Shown: positions 54,315-62,810 of the stretch, piece after piece
Layout of the letters: each line of letters starts with the position of its first letter
How positions within the stretch are numbered: the first letter of the stretch is position 1
NCBI GenBank assembly: GCA_035543375.1
Contig: DASZZF010000012.1
Span: 68,323-132,322 of the forward strand
DNA: 64,000 nt
Reading direction: 5' to 3'
DNA from: Candidatus Limnocylindria bacterium
Lineage (GTDB): Bacteria; Chloroflexota; Limnocylindria; P2-11E
The notes under the pieces: generated by a model
What the model saw: the letters and a program-made list of their open reading frames with translations, nothing else
What the model was told of the DNA's origin: nothing
Databases searched by the model: none
Program-made: the position numbers and the translations under genes

Positions 54315-55084
54315 ATGTTCAGCTCCCACAGGAGGCGCAGACCCTCGAGCGTGAGGTCGTCATCGACGCGCTCGATGCGCGCGGTGAGCGGCGCGATCGT
54401 CGAGGCGAGACCGCCGGTCGCGATGACCTTCGCCGGCGGCCCCGGTAGCTCCGCGAGGATGCGCGCGAGCAGCCCTTCGACGAGACCGACGTATCCGAAC
54501 ATGATCCCCGAGCGCAGGCAGTCCGCCGTGTTCTTGCCGATCGCGTCCTTCGGCGGCGTGAACCCCACGGCGAAGAGCCGCGAGGCCCGGCCGAAGAGCG
54601 ACTGGGCGGAGACCTCGAGCCCCGGCGCGAACGAGCCGCCGAGGAAATCGCCGTCGGCGCTCACGACGTCGAAGTTCGTCGTGGTCCCGAAATCGACGAC
54701 GACCGCGGGTCCGCCGTACCGGCGGTGCGCGGCGAGTGTGTTCGCGATCCGGTCGGCGCCCACCTCCGACGGGTTGTCCACGCGCAGCTTCACTCCGGTC
54801 TTCACGCCGGGACCGATGACGAGCGCCTTGCCGTCCATGTAACGGTCGGCGAGGCGCGTGAACGCGAGCGTGAGCGGCGGCACGACGCTCCCGAGCACGA
54901 GCGCGTCCATCGTCTCAAGCGAGAGATCCTCGTGGCCGAGCAGCGCGTCGATCATGACGGCGAGCTCGTCCTCGGTCCGGTCGTGAACGGTCGCGGTGCG
55001 CCACGTCGCGAGGAGCTCGGGCCCGCGGTACGCCCCGATGACCACGTTCGTGTTGCCCGCGTCGATCGCGAGGAGCGTGCCCAT
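54311..55084 (-). CDS. coaX: Type III pantothenate kinase
   Basis: LAIDAGNTN...VVDFGTTTNFD...ATGGLA. Confidence 0.92.
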   Translation of the reverse strand: MGTLLAIDAGNTNVVIGAYRGPELLATWRTATVHDRTEDELAVMIDALLGHEDLSLETMDALVLGSVVPPLTLAFTRLADRYMDGKALVIGPGVKTGVKLRVDNPSEVGADRIANTLAAHRRYGGPAVVVDFGTTTNFDVVSADGDFLGGSFAPGLEVSAQSLFGRASRLFAVGFTPPKDAIGKNTADCLRSGIMFGYVGLVEGLLARILAELPGPPAKVIATGGLASTIAPLTARIERVDDDLTLEGLRLLWELNI

Positions 55085-55087
55085 CGG

Positions 55088-55609
55088 CTAGTCCGCCGGC
55101 TCGGTCGCCCCGGTACGTAGCCCGCGCTTCGCCTTCTTCGCGAGTGCGCGCGCGACGTTCGGCGGGACGAACCGATCGACGGGCGCGCCGAACGCCACCA
55201 GCTCTTTCACCCGCGAGGCCGAGAGGAAGAGGTATTCGGGAGCGGTCATGAGGAAGACCATCTCCAGATCTTCGGCGAGCGTGGCGTTCATGTTCGCCAT
55301 CTCGAACTCGAATTCGAAGTCTGAGAGCGCGCGGATGCCGCGGATGATGAATGTCGCGCCGACCTCGCGTGCGAACTCCACCTGGAGGCTGTCGAAGGTG
55401 CGGATCTCGATGTTGGTCAGGTGACGGCAGGCCTCGCGCATGAGCTCGACACGCTCATCCGCGGTGAACACGGACTTCTTGGAGGGATTCCGCCCGACGC
55501 CAATAACGACACGGTCGAACAGCCGCGCCGCGCGGTCGACGATGTCGAGATGGCCGTTCGTCGGGGGATCGAACGAGCCCGGGTAGATGGCGACGCGTTC
55601 CGTTGTCAT
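55088..55609 (-). CDS. coaD: Phosphopantetheine adenylyltransferase
   Basis: VAIYPGSFDPPTNGHLDIV...ISASRVKEL, with AAGGAGGT upstream of ATG 55609. The track start at 55963 is an extension. Confidence 0.95.
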   Translation of the reverse strand: MTTERVAIYPGSFDPPTNGHLDIVDRAARLFDRVVIGVGRNPSKKSVFTADERVELMREACRHLTNIEIRTFDSLQVEFAREVGATFIIRGIRALSDFEFEFEMANMNATLAEDLEMVFLMTAPEYLFLSASRVKELVAFGAPVDRFVPPNVARALAKKAKRGLRTGATEPAD

Positions 55610-55698
55610 GCGGTCGCGATACCTCCTTGCAGGGCGTGCACGCCGCGGAGGTAAGCCTACTGCTTTGCCGCAGAGCGCAGGACCGCGAGGTCCGAGCA

Positions 55699-55986
55699 CT
55701 ACGCCCTCGTCAATGACACGCCGCTGAGAAGGAGCCCGACGGCGAGCGTGAGCGCCGCGGACAGGGTGAACAGGTCGGGGCCGAGACCGTGGACGCCGAT
55801 CGCGGCGACCCCCGCGCCGGTGAGCGCGCCTCCCACCGCAGCGCCCGCCCGGCCGCGCGCCGCGGCGAACGGAAGGACGACGACGAGCCCGAGGAACAGC
55901 CCGCCGAGCACCGCGAAGAGCCAGCCCAGACCGGCGCCGGCCGCGAGGCCACCGAGCCACCATCCGGCACGCGCGCGCCGGGTCAC
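55699..55986 (-). CDS. Small hypothetical membrane protein (about 95 aa)
   Basis: High GC3 and three Gly/Ala/Leu-rich helices. GTG 55986 forms a GTGA overlap with the cyclase stop; the track ATG is at 56010. Confidence 0.5.
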   Translation of the reverse strand: MTRRARAGWWLGGLAAGAGLGWLFAVLGGLFLGLVVVLPFAAARGRAGAAVGGALTGAGVAAIGVHGLGPDLFTLSAALTLAVGLLLSGVSLTRA

Positions 55987-57320
55987 ACCGCCGCTGCGAA
56001 GATCTGCCATTCGTCAGGCACTCCTTTCAGCCGCCGCGGACCGCGCTGCTCGAAGCGCAGGCCCGAGCCCGAGACCAGGTCCTTCACCGTGCTCGTCGCG
56101 AGGACCTCTCCCGGCTGGGCCTGTTCGCGTACCCGTGAGCCGATGATCACGGCGATCCCGCCGGTCTTGCCATCGATGACCTCGCATTCGCCGGTGTGCA
56201 CGCCAGCGCGGATGTCGATGCCCAGCGGGCGCACAGCGTCGCGGATCTCGAGGGCGCAACGCACCGCACGCGCCGGACCGTCGAACGTCGCGAAGAACCC
56301 GTCGCCCGCGGTGTCGACCTCCGTGCCGCGGAACCGCGCGAGCGAGCGCCGCACGACCTCATGATGCGACTCGATGAGGGAGCGCCAGCCCTGATCCCCG
56401 AGCTGCGCGGCCTTGGCGGTGCCGTTCACGATGTCCGTGAAGAGGACCGTCGCGAGGAACCGATCCGATCCCGGCGCCGGACGGGAACCCGTTAGGAACT
56501 CCTGCACCGTCTCCACGATGGCATCCTGGTTCGCGTAGTAAGGCAGGTGATCGCTCGTGGGCAGCTCGATGAGTCGGGCACCCGGGATCCGCTTGGCGAT
56601 CCACCGGCCTTCGTCGATATTCGCGTCGCGGTCGCCCACAGCGTGGAACATGAGGGTCGGCACCCGGATGATGGGCAGGACCGCGCGAATGTCGATATCG
56701 GTATTCATCCGGCCGAGGGCGACCGCGGCGCTCGGGCTCACGCTGAGGCGGGAACGGCGCGCGAACGCCGCCCGGACCGAGGCATCGTCCGCGACGCTGG
56801 GCGCGATCGTGGTGAGGTCCATTTCGCCGCCACCCCAGTGGGTGGCGAGACCGTCGAGCCAGAGGGCGCGCTCCGCAGTCGTGGGCGCCCAGGGATAGTC
56901 GGCCGACCAGACCCGCTTCGCGAAGATGCCGTGGGTGATGAGCGCGCTGGTGCGCTGCGGGTACGTCGCCGCGAACAGTACCGACATGTTCCCGCCCTCG
57001 GACACGCCGAAGATGGCCGCGCGCTCCGATCCGGCCGCGTCGAGCACAGCCCTGATGTCGTCCGTCCGCTCTTCGAGCGTCGGCGGGTGCTCGTCCGAGA
57101 CGCGGTCGGAGAGCCCGGTGCCGCGCTTGTCGAAGAGGATCAGCCGGGCGAACGAGGTGAGGCGCTCATAAAAGCGCGCGATCCAGGGATCTTCCCAGCC
57201 CAGCTCGACGTTGCTGATCCAGCCGGCCGCGAACAGCAGGTCGAGCGGCCCGTCGCCGACGATCTGGTAGGCGATGTTGAGCCCCCCGCTCTTCGCATAG
57301 CGCGTCTCGGGCACGGTCAC
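55983..57320 (-). CDS. Alpha/beta-hydrolase domain fused to a class III adenylate/guanylate cyclase
   Basis: The N-terminus has GVSEGG (GxSxG). The C-terminus has LFTDIVNGT...GDGFFATFDG...GVHTGE cyclase motifs. GTGA overlap with hutI. Confidence 0.87.
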   Translation of the reverse strand: MTVPETRYAKSGGLNIAYQIVGDGPLDLLFAAGWISNVELGWEDPWIARFYERLTSFARLILFDKRGTGLSDRVSDEHPPTLEERTDDIRAVLDAAGSERAAIFGVSEGGNMSVLFAATYPQRTSALITHGIFAKRVWSADYPWAPTTAERALWLDGLATHWGGGEMDLTTIAPSVADDASVRAAFARRSRLSVSPSAAVALGRMNTDIDIRAVLPIIRVPTLMFHAVGDRDANIDEGRWIAKRIPGARLIELPTSDHLPYYANQDAIVETVQEFLTGSRPAPGSDRFLATVLFTDIVNGTAKAAQLGDQGWRSLIESHHEVVRRSLARFRGTEVDTAGDGFFATFDGPARAVRCALEIRDAVRPLGIDIRAGVHTGECEVIDGKTGGIAVIIGSRVREQAQPGEVLATSTVKDLVSGSGLRFEQRGPRRLKGVPDEWQIFAAAV

Positions 57321-58582
57321 GCGACGCGGCGCCCGGCCGCGTAGACCTCGCGCACGAGCGGCGCACCGAGCCGGTAGCAGAGGTCGCGCTCGTCGTCGGT
57401 CTCGAGGATCAGGAGGTCCGCGCGCCGGCCGACGACGAGCGCGCCAGTCCGCGACCCGCGCCCGAGCGCGTGCGCGGCGTTGACGGTCGCGGCGACGATC
57501 GCCTCATGCGGTGTCAGGTGACAGAGCGCGACGGCGAGCGCGATCGCTGCGGGCATCCCCTCGAGCGGTGACGTGCCTGGATTGTGGTCCGTCGCGATCG
57601 CGACTGGTACCCGGGCCGCGAGGAACCGCCGCGCGTCCGGCGGCGCGTAGCCCACGAAGAACGCGCTGCCGGGCAGGAGTACCGCCACGGTGTGCCCGAT
57701 CCGCGCGAGGACCCGCAGGCCGTCGGCCGACACGTTCGCGAGATGGTCGGCCGAACGCGCCTGCATGCGGGCGGCGAACGCCCCCGCGTTCACGTCGTGC
57801 AGCTGGTCGGCGTGCATCGTGACCGCGAGGCCGGCCGCCTGCGCCGCTTTGAAGATGGGCCGCACGTCCTCGATCTCGAACGCGCCTTTCTCGACGAACG
57901 CGTCCACGGCCTCGGCGAGGTGCTCGCCGGCCACCGTGGCCACGGCCGCCTCGACCGCCTTCAGGAACGCGCGCCGCTCGAGGCCCCGCGGCATCGCGTG
58001 CGCCGCGAGATACGTGACGGCGACGTCGACGGCCGCCTCGGTCCGGATGCGCGCGATGATCCGCAGCTGACGGAGCTCCTCATCCGGCTCGAGGCCGTAG
58101 CCGCTCTTGATCTCGATGGTCGTCGTGCCGAGGGACACCGCCCGGGCCAGCCGCGCGCGGGTCAGTGCGAGGAGCGACTCGTCCGACGCCTCGCGAGTCG
58201 CGCGCACGGTCGCGTGGATCCCGCCGCCGCGCTCGAGGACGGCGAGATAGTCCGTGCCGCTTTGCCGCGTCGCGAACTCGTCCCAGCGCTCGCCGGCGTA
58301 GCAAAGGTGGGTATGCGGATCCACGAGGCCGGGCATGACCACCCGGCCGCCGACCTGCCGCTCGACCGCGCCGGGCGTGAGCGCGAACTGCTTCCAGCCC
58401 TCGCCGTGACCGGTCGCGACGATCGCGCCGTCGCGCGCGGCGAGCCAGCCGTCGTCCACGGCGCCGACGTCGCCGGCCGCGGGGCCGACGCGCGGCTGCT
58501 CGACCCGATACGGAGCGCAGGTGAGGAGCCGCGCGCCGCGGACGACGAGATCGGCGGACGGCCGTTCGTCCATCGACGTCAC
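57317..58582 (-). CDS. hutI: Imidazolonepropionase
   Basis: PGLVDPHTHL...EIKSGYGL...ATDHNPG amidohydrolase motifs in the HutI arrangement. Confidence 0.9.
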   Translation of the reverse strand: MTSMDERPSADLVVRGARLLTCAPYRVEQPRVGPAAGDVGAVDDGWLAARDGAIVATGHGEGWKQFALTPGAVERQVGGRVVMPGLVDPHTHLCYAGERWDEFATRQSGTDYLAVLERGGGIHATVRATREASDESLLALTRARLARAVSLGTTTIEIKSGYGLEPDEELRQLRIIARIRTEAAVDVAVTYLAAHAMPRGLERRAFLKAVEAAVATVAGEHLAEAVDAFVEKGAFEIEDVRPIFKAAQAAGLAVTMHADQLHDVNAGAFAARMQARSADHLANVSADGLRVLARIGHTVAVLLPGSAFFVGYAPPDARRFLAARVPVAIATDHNPGTSPLEGMPAAIALAVALCHLTPHEAIVAATVNAAHALGRGSRTGALVVGRRADLLILETDDERDLCYRLGAPLVREVYAAGRRVA

Positions 58583-59472
58583 TCGAGGAAGCGGGCTTCG
58601 ATCACCCGGTCGCGGCTGAACCCCCCGAGCCGCAGCGTGTCACCGGTGACGGCGAGCGCCGCGTCGAGCGGCAGGAGACCGATAAGCTCGCCGCGCAGCA
58701 CGCGCACGCCCGCGGCCGCGGCGCGCGACTCGACCGCGCGCCACACGTCGGGGAGCGACGTGACCGTGTGATCGAGCAGGTTGATCGACACCTGCGCGCG
58801 CGGCGGATCCGAAAGCATGAAGCCTTTCGCCTGCACGGCGGGCAGGCCGCCCGACGATTCGCGGATCTCCTTGGCGATGCCCTGCGCGAGCTTCAGATCG
58901 GTGGTGTCCAGCTCGATGTTGAACGCGATCAGGGGCGGCCTCGCGCCGACGACGATCGCCCCGGCCGTCGGGTGCATCGTCCGCGGTCCCGCATCGGGAA
59001 CATGCGTCGTTTCGAGGTACGCGGCGAGACCTTCGTACTCCGGCTTGCGGATGTCCGGCAGCCGGATCCGTTCCGGGCGGGTAGCGGCCTTCGCATAGTA
59101 GAAGACCGGCACGCCGTGCCGCGCCGCGACCGCCTCGCCGACCCGTCGGGCGATCGCGACGCAGTCGTCCATCGTCACGCCCGCGAGCGGCACGAACGGC
59201 ACGACATCCACCGCGCCGAGGCGCGGATGCTCGCCCTTGTGCGCGCGCATGTCCACGGTCCGATAGGTCGCGGCGATGAGCGCGAGCGCCGCGCTTTCGA
59301 CGGCGTCGGGGTCACCCGCGAACGTGAAGACCGAACGGTTGTGATCTGGATCGCTCGTCTGGTCGAGCAGCCGGATCCCGGGCGTCGCGGTGATGACACC
59401 GGCGAGCCCGTCGATGACGTCGCGCCGCCGGCCTTCGCTGATGTTCGGAACGCACTCGACGAGGCCAGCCAC
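58579..59472 (-). CDS. Glutamate formimidoyltransferase (FtcD N-terminal-type)
   Basis: LVECVPNISEGRR...DHNRSV...HPRLGAVDVVPF. Confidence 0.88.
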   Translation of the reverse strand: MAGLVECVPNISEGRRRDVIDGLAGVITATPGIRLLDQTSDPDHNRSVFTFAGDPDAVESAALALIAATYRTVDMRAHKGEHPRLGAVDVVPFVPLAGVTMDDCVAIARRVGEAVAARHGVPVFYYAKAATRPERIRLPDIRKPEYEGLAAYLETTHVPDAGPRTMHPTAGAIVVGARPPLIAFNIELDTTDLKLAQGIAKEIRESSGGLPAVQAKGFMLSDPPRAQVSINLLDHTVTSLPDVWRAVESRAAAAGVRVLRGELIGLLPLDAALAVTGDTLRLGGFSRDRVIEARFLE

Positions 59473-59481
59473 GGCGAGAGC

Positions 59482-59901
59482 CTAGTCGGCCTTCGCGGCT
59501 CCGGCCTCGCGGACGCGCGCGGCAAGGGCCCTCATCACCGCGTTCGCGATGTCGGCGTCGTTGTGCAGCACGTTCTGGAATTGGCGCGGGCCGAGGACGA
59601 GGCAGCGGCAGTCCGTCGTGGCCGTGACCGACGCGGTGCGCTTCCCCCCGTCCACCAACGCGATCTCGCCGAAGAAATCCCCGGTCCTCATCGTGGCGAC
59701 GTCCTTCTTGCGACGCGTGACCTCGGCCTCGCCCGAGAGGAGAATGAAGAAGTCGCCACCGCTCTGCCCTTCGCGGCAGAGCACGCGACCCGCTTTGAAG
59801 TCCATGTCCTCGACCTGCGTGACGATGAACGCGAGCTGCGCGGCCGTGCAGTGCGCGAAGATGGGAACGGCCTTCAGGCGGGCGACGCGCGGATCGGCCA
59901 T
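59482..59901 (-). CDS. Stand-alone cyclic-nucleotide-binding domain protein
   Basis: FFGEIALVDGGKRTASVTA phosphate-binding cassette. 139 aa with no effector domain. Confidence 0.85.
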   Translation of the reverse strand: MADPRVARLKAVPIFAHCTAAQLAFIVTQVEDMDFKAGRVLCREGQSGGDFFILLSGEAEVTRRKKDVATMRTGDFFGEIALVDGGKRTASVTATTDCRCLVLGPRQFQNVLHNDADIANAVMRALAARVREAGAAKAD

Positions 59902-59904
59902 CAG

Positions 59905-60360
59905 CTAGTGCTTCGCGCTCGCCTCGTCCTCGCGTTCGGCATTGCGCAACCGGCGCGTAAGCACCGGAAGGAGCGCGAGGGCGATCTGGGGATGGCTCTC
60001 GAGGATGCCGCGGAAATGCCAGCGCTGGATCCCGAGGCACGTTGTCGGCTCGAGCGCGCGGACCGTCGCGGACCGCGGGAACTCGTCGAGGAGCGCCATC
60101 TCGCCGAAGACGTCGCCGGACTTGAGCTCGGCGAGCTTGTGCGGCTTGCCGCCGCGATCCTGGAGCGCCTCCGCCTTGCCCGACCGGATGATGAACGCTC
60201 CGACGCCCGTGTCACCCTGGCGGACGATGTCCTGGCCCGGCGCGTAGCTCTGCTCGACGGCCGCATTGGCAATCGCCTCGAGGGACTTCTTGTCCAGGTT
60301 CTCGAAGAGTCGCACGTGTTTCAGGAACTCGATGGTGTCTGCCATGTCGCGCGGGAGCAT
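59905..60360 (-). CDS. Stand-alone cyclic-nucleotide-binding domain protein (paralogue)
   Basis: VFGEMALLDEFPRSATVRA. 151 aa, located 3 nt upstream of the paralogue. Confidence 0.85.
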   Translation of the reverse strand: MLPRDMADTIEFLKHVRLFENLDKKSLEAIANAAVEQSYAPGQDIVRQGDTGVGAFIIRSGKAEALQDRGGKPHKLAELKSGDVFGEMALLDEFPRSATVRALEPTTCLGIQRWHFRGILESHPQIALALLPVLTRRLRNAEREDEASAKH

Positions 60361-60389
60361 AGCCGAGAGGCCCGATACTGGGGAACGTC

Positions 60390-61226
60390 GTGCCCTTCCG
60401 CATCGAGGTCGCCGCGGACATCTCGGCCTGCCTGCGCACCGTTCCCATCCAAGAGGAGGTCTGGAGCGGCGACGTCGTCGTCCCCCCGCAACTGCTCCTC
60501 GCGACGCTGCACAACGGCGCGTTCGTCGCGCTTGGCTACGTGGACGGCGATCCGGTGCCGGCCGGTTTCGTGTTCGGCTTCCTCGGGATCTACGATTACC
60601 ACTTCCGGCACCACTCGCACATGCTCGCCGTGCGAAAAGAGCATCGCGGCAGCGGCCTCGCTGTCGCGTTGAAAGAGGCGCAGCGCGATCACTGTCTGGA
60701 CCAGGGCATCGAGATCATGGCCTGGACGACCGATCCGCTCGAGGCGCTCAACGCTCGCTTCAACTTCGGCAAGCTCGGCACCTACGCGCGCGAGTATCAC
60801 CGCGACTTCTACGGGCCGATGCCGGACAAGCTCAACGCTGGCCTTCCGTCCGACCGCCTGTACGTCGAATGGCCTATCGGCGCCGACCGCACCTACAAGC
60901 GGCTGCGCGGCGAGGATCCGGCCCCGGCGCTCGAGGCGGCCGAGGGCGAGGAGATCCGCTACCTGCTCCGCGCCGAGGGCACCCGGCCGCGGCTCCAGGA
61001 TCCGCCATCCGGAGAATCCCATCTGCTCCTCGAGATCCCGGCGGCCTTCCAAACGATCAAGCGCGACGACCCGTCGCTCGCCCTTGAGTGGCGGACCGCG
61101 GCGCGCGGCGCGTTCGAGGGCGCCTTCGCTCAGGGCTACGCGGCAGTCGAATTCCTTCGCGGGGCCTCGGGACGCGGGGCGTACCTGCTCGTCCCGCAGC
61201 CGCGCCCGGACGAGCCGCCCCGATGA
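60390..61226 (+). CDS. GNAT-like acyltransferase family protein commonly paired with OSBS/NSAR genes
   Basis: The acyl-CoA-binding-type segment is MLAVRKEHRGSGLAVALKEAQ. ATGA overlap with the downstream enolase-superfamily gene. Confidence 0.65.
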   Translation: MPFRIEVAADISACLRTVPIQEEVWSGDVVVPPQLLLATLHNGAFVALGYVDGDPVPAGFVFGFLGIYDYHFRHHSHMLAVRKEHRGSGLAVALKEAQRDHCLDQGIEIMAWTTDPLEALNARFNFGKLGTYAREYHRDFYGPMPDKLNAGLPSDRLYVEWPIGADRTYKRLRGEDPAPALEAAEGEEIRYLLRAEGTRPRLQDPPSGESHLLLEIPAAFQTIKRDDPSLALEWRTAARGAFEGAFAQGYAAVEFLRGASGRGAYLLVPQPRPDEPPR

Positions 61227-62335
61227 AGCTCGAGCGCGTCGAGCTCTTCGTCGTCCGCCTTCCGCTGAAGCGCGTGTACGAGACGAGCGGCTCGCGCGAG
61301 ACGCACCAGACGCACATCGTCGCTCGCGTCGAGAGCGAGGGTGCGGTCGGCTGGGGCGAGAGCGTCGCGCCGGAGCAGCCCTGGTACTCGGGCGAGACGC
61401 CGAAGACTATCTGGTACGCGCTCGACGAGGTGATCCTCCCGCAGCTGCTGTCGGTGGATCTGGACGGCCCCGAAGGAACGGAGCGACGTCTCGGCTGGAT
61501 CCGCGAGCACCGCATGGCGAAGGCGACGATCGAGATGGCGCTCTGGGATCTCGCGGCCAGGCAGCGCGGCGTCCCGCTGGCGAAGCTCCTGGGCGGCACG
61601 CGGACGAAGATCCTCTGCGGCGTGGCCATCGGGATCCATCCGAGCGTCGAGGCGCTCTTCGAGACGATCGATCGCGAGCTCGCCTCAGGCTACCAACGCG
61701 TGAAACTGAAGATCAAGCCCGGTCTCGACGGTCACGTCGCTGAAGCGGTCCGCAACCGCTATCCGGACCTGGCGTTCATGCTGGATGCGAACTCGGCCTA
61801 CGCGCTCGCCGACCTTCCGCTGTTCAGGCGAATCGACGCGTATCACCCGACGATGATCGAGCAACCGCTCGCGTACGACGACATCGTCGACCACGCGAGC
61901 CTCCAGCGGCAGATCGCCACGTCGGTGTGCCTCGACGAATCGATCCACACCGACAACGACGCGCGCAAGGCGATCGAGATCGGCGCCACCCGCGTCGTGA
62001 ACATCAAGCCCGGTCGCGTCGGCGGGCACGCGTCAGCGAAGCGCATTCACGACGTATGCGCGGAGAACGATGTGCCGGTGTGGTGCGGCGGCATGCTCGA
62101 GTTCGGCATCGGCCGAGCGCACAACGTGCATCTCGCCTCGCTCCCGAACTTCAGCCTGCCGGGCGACGTGAGCGCGTCGGAGCGGTACTTCGAGACGGAG
62201 ATCATCGGTGAGCCGTTCACGGTGAACGCCGACGGGACGATGGACGTGCCGGTCGCTCCCGGCATCGGCGTGACCGTGCTCGAGGACGTTATCCGGCGGA
62301 TCGCCCTCCAGCAGAAGGAGTACCTGCCGGGCTAG
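61223..62335 (+). CDS. Enolase-superfamily o-succinylbenzoate synthase / N-acylamino acid racemase family enzyme
   Basis: KLKIKPG, MLDANSAY, IEQPL, LDES and NIKPGRVGG motifs give the KxK / D / E / D / K catalytic layout. The start is at ATG 61223. Confidence 0.88.
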   Translation: MKLERVELFVVRLPLKRVYETSGSRETHQTHIVARVESEGAVGWGESVAPEQPWYSGETPKTIWYALDEVILPQLLSVDLDGPEGTERRLGWIREHRMAKATIEMALWDLAARQRGVPLAKLLGGTRTKILCGVAIGIHPSVEALFETIDRELASGYQRVKLKIKPGLDGHVAEAVRNRYPDLAFMLDANSAYALADLPLFRRIDAYHPTMIEQPLAYDDIVDHASLQRQIATSVCLDESIHTDNDARKAIEIGATRVVNIKPGRVGGHASAKRIHDVCAENDVPVWCGGMLEFGIGRAHNVHLASLPNFSLPGDVSASERYFETEIIGEPFTVNADGTMDVPVAPGIGVTVLEDVIRRIALQQKEYLPG

Positions 62336-62786
62336 CGTCGGCCTCGGCGGGCCACACCACGACCTCATCGATGACGGTGCCGAAGGCATCCACGAGCCGC
62401 ACGTAGTCGCCGCGCACCCAGAACAATCTCGCCGCGCCGAGCGGACCGGCGACGTATACGTGCTTCCGCCCGGACACGAGGTCGTCGGCGAGCGGATGCA
62501 TCGCGGCGCGGATCCGCGAGCCCGAATGGATCCGGTAGATCTCGCCGGCGCTGACGAAGGCGGGCGAGCCGAAGGTATAGACCCAGTCCCACTCGAGTGG
62601 CCGAGCCAGCTCCTTGCGCCAGAGCGGATGAAGATGCTGCAGACGCCAGTTCGCGAGATCGCTGTGGAGGTTGATCGCGACCTCGACCCATTCGCCGTTC
62701 GCTCCGTCGAGCGCCGTCCCGGCCGGAGCCGGTCGGATGGACAGGATCCGCGCCTTGTTCGCCTCGACGGGCTTGAAATCGCTCAC
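62289..62786 (-). CDS. Lamin-tail-domain (LTD)-like small protein
   Basis: ARILSIRPAPAG...ANGEWVEVAINLHSDLANWRL resembles the LTD signature. The GTG start at 62786 is uncertain. Confidence 0.5.
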   Translation of the reverse strand: MSDFKPVEANKARILSIRPAPAGTALDGANGEWVEVAINLHSDLANWRLQHLHPLWRKELARPLEWDWVYTFGSPAFVSAGEIYRIHSGSRIRAAMHPLADDLVSGRKHVYVAGPLGAARLFWVRGDYVRLVDAFGTVIDEVVVWPAEADASPAGTPSAGGRSAG

Positions 62787-62810
62787 GCGCCGAACGCTAG
62801 CATTGGTGAA

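Noticed and set aside
58768-60672. 634-aa plus-strand ORF
   Set aside because: It is antisense to the formimidoyltransferase gene and both cNMP-binding protein genes.
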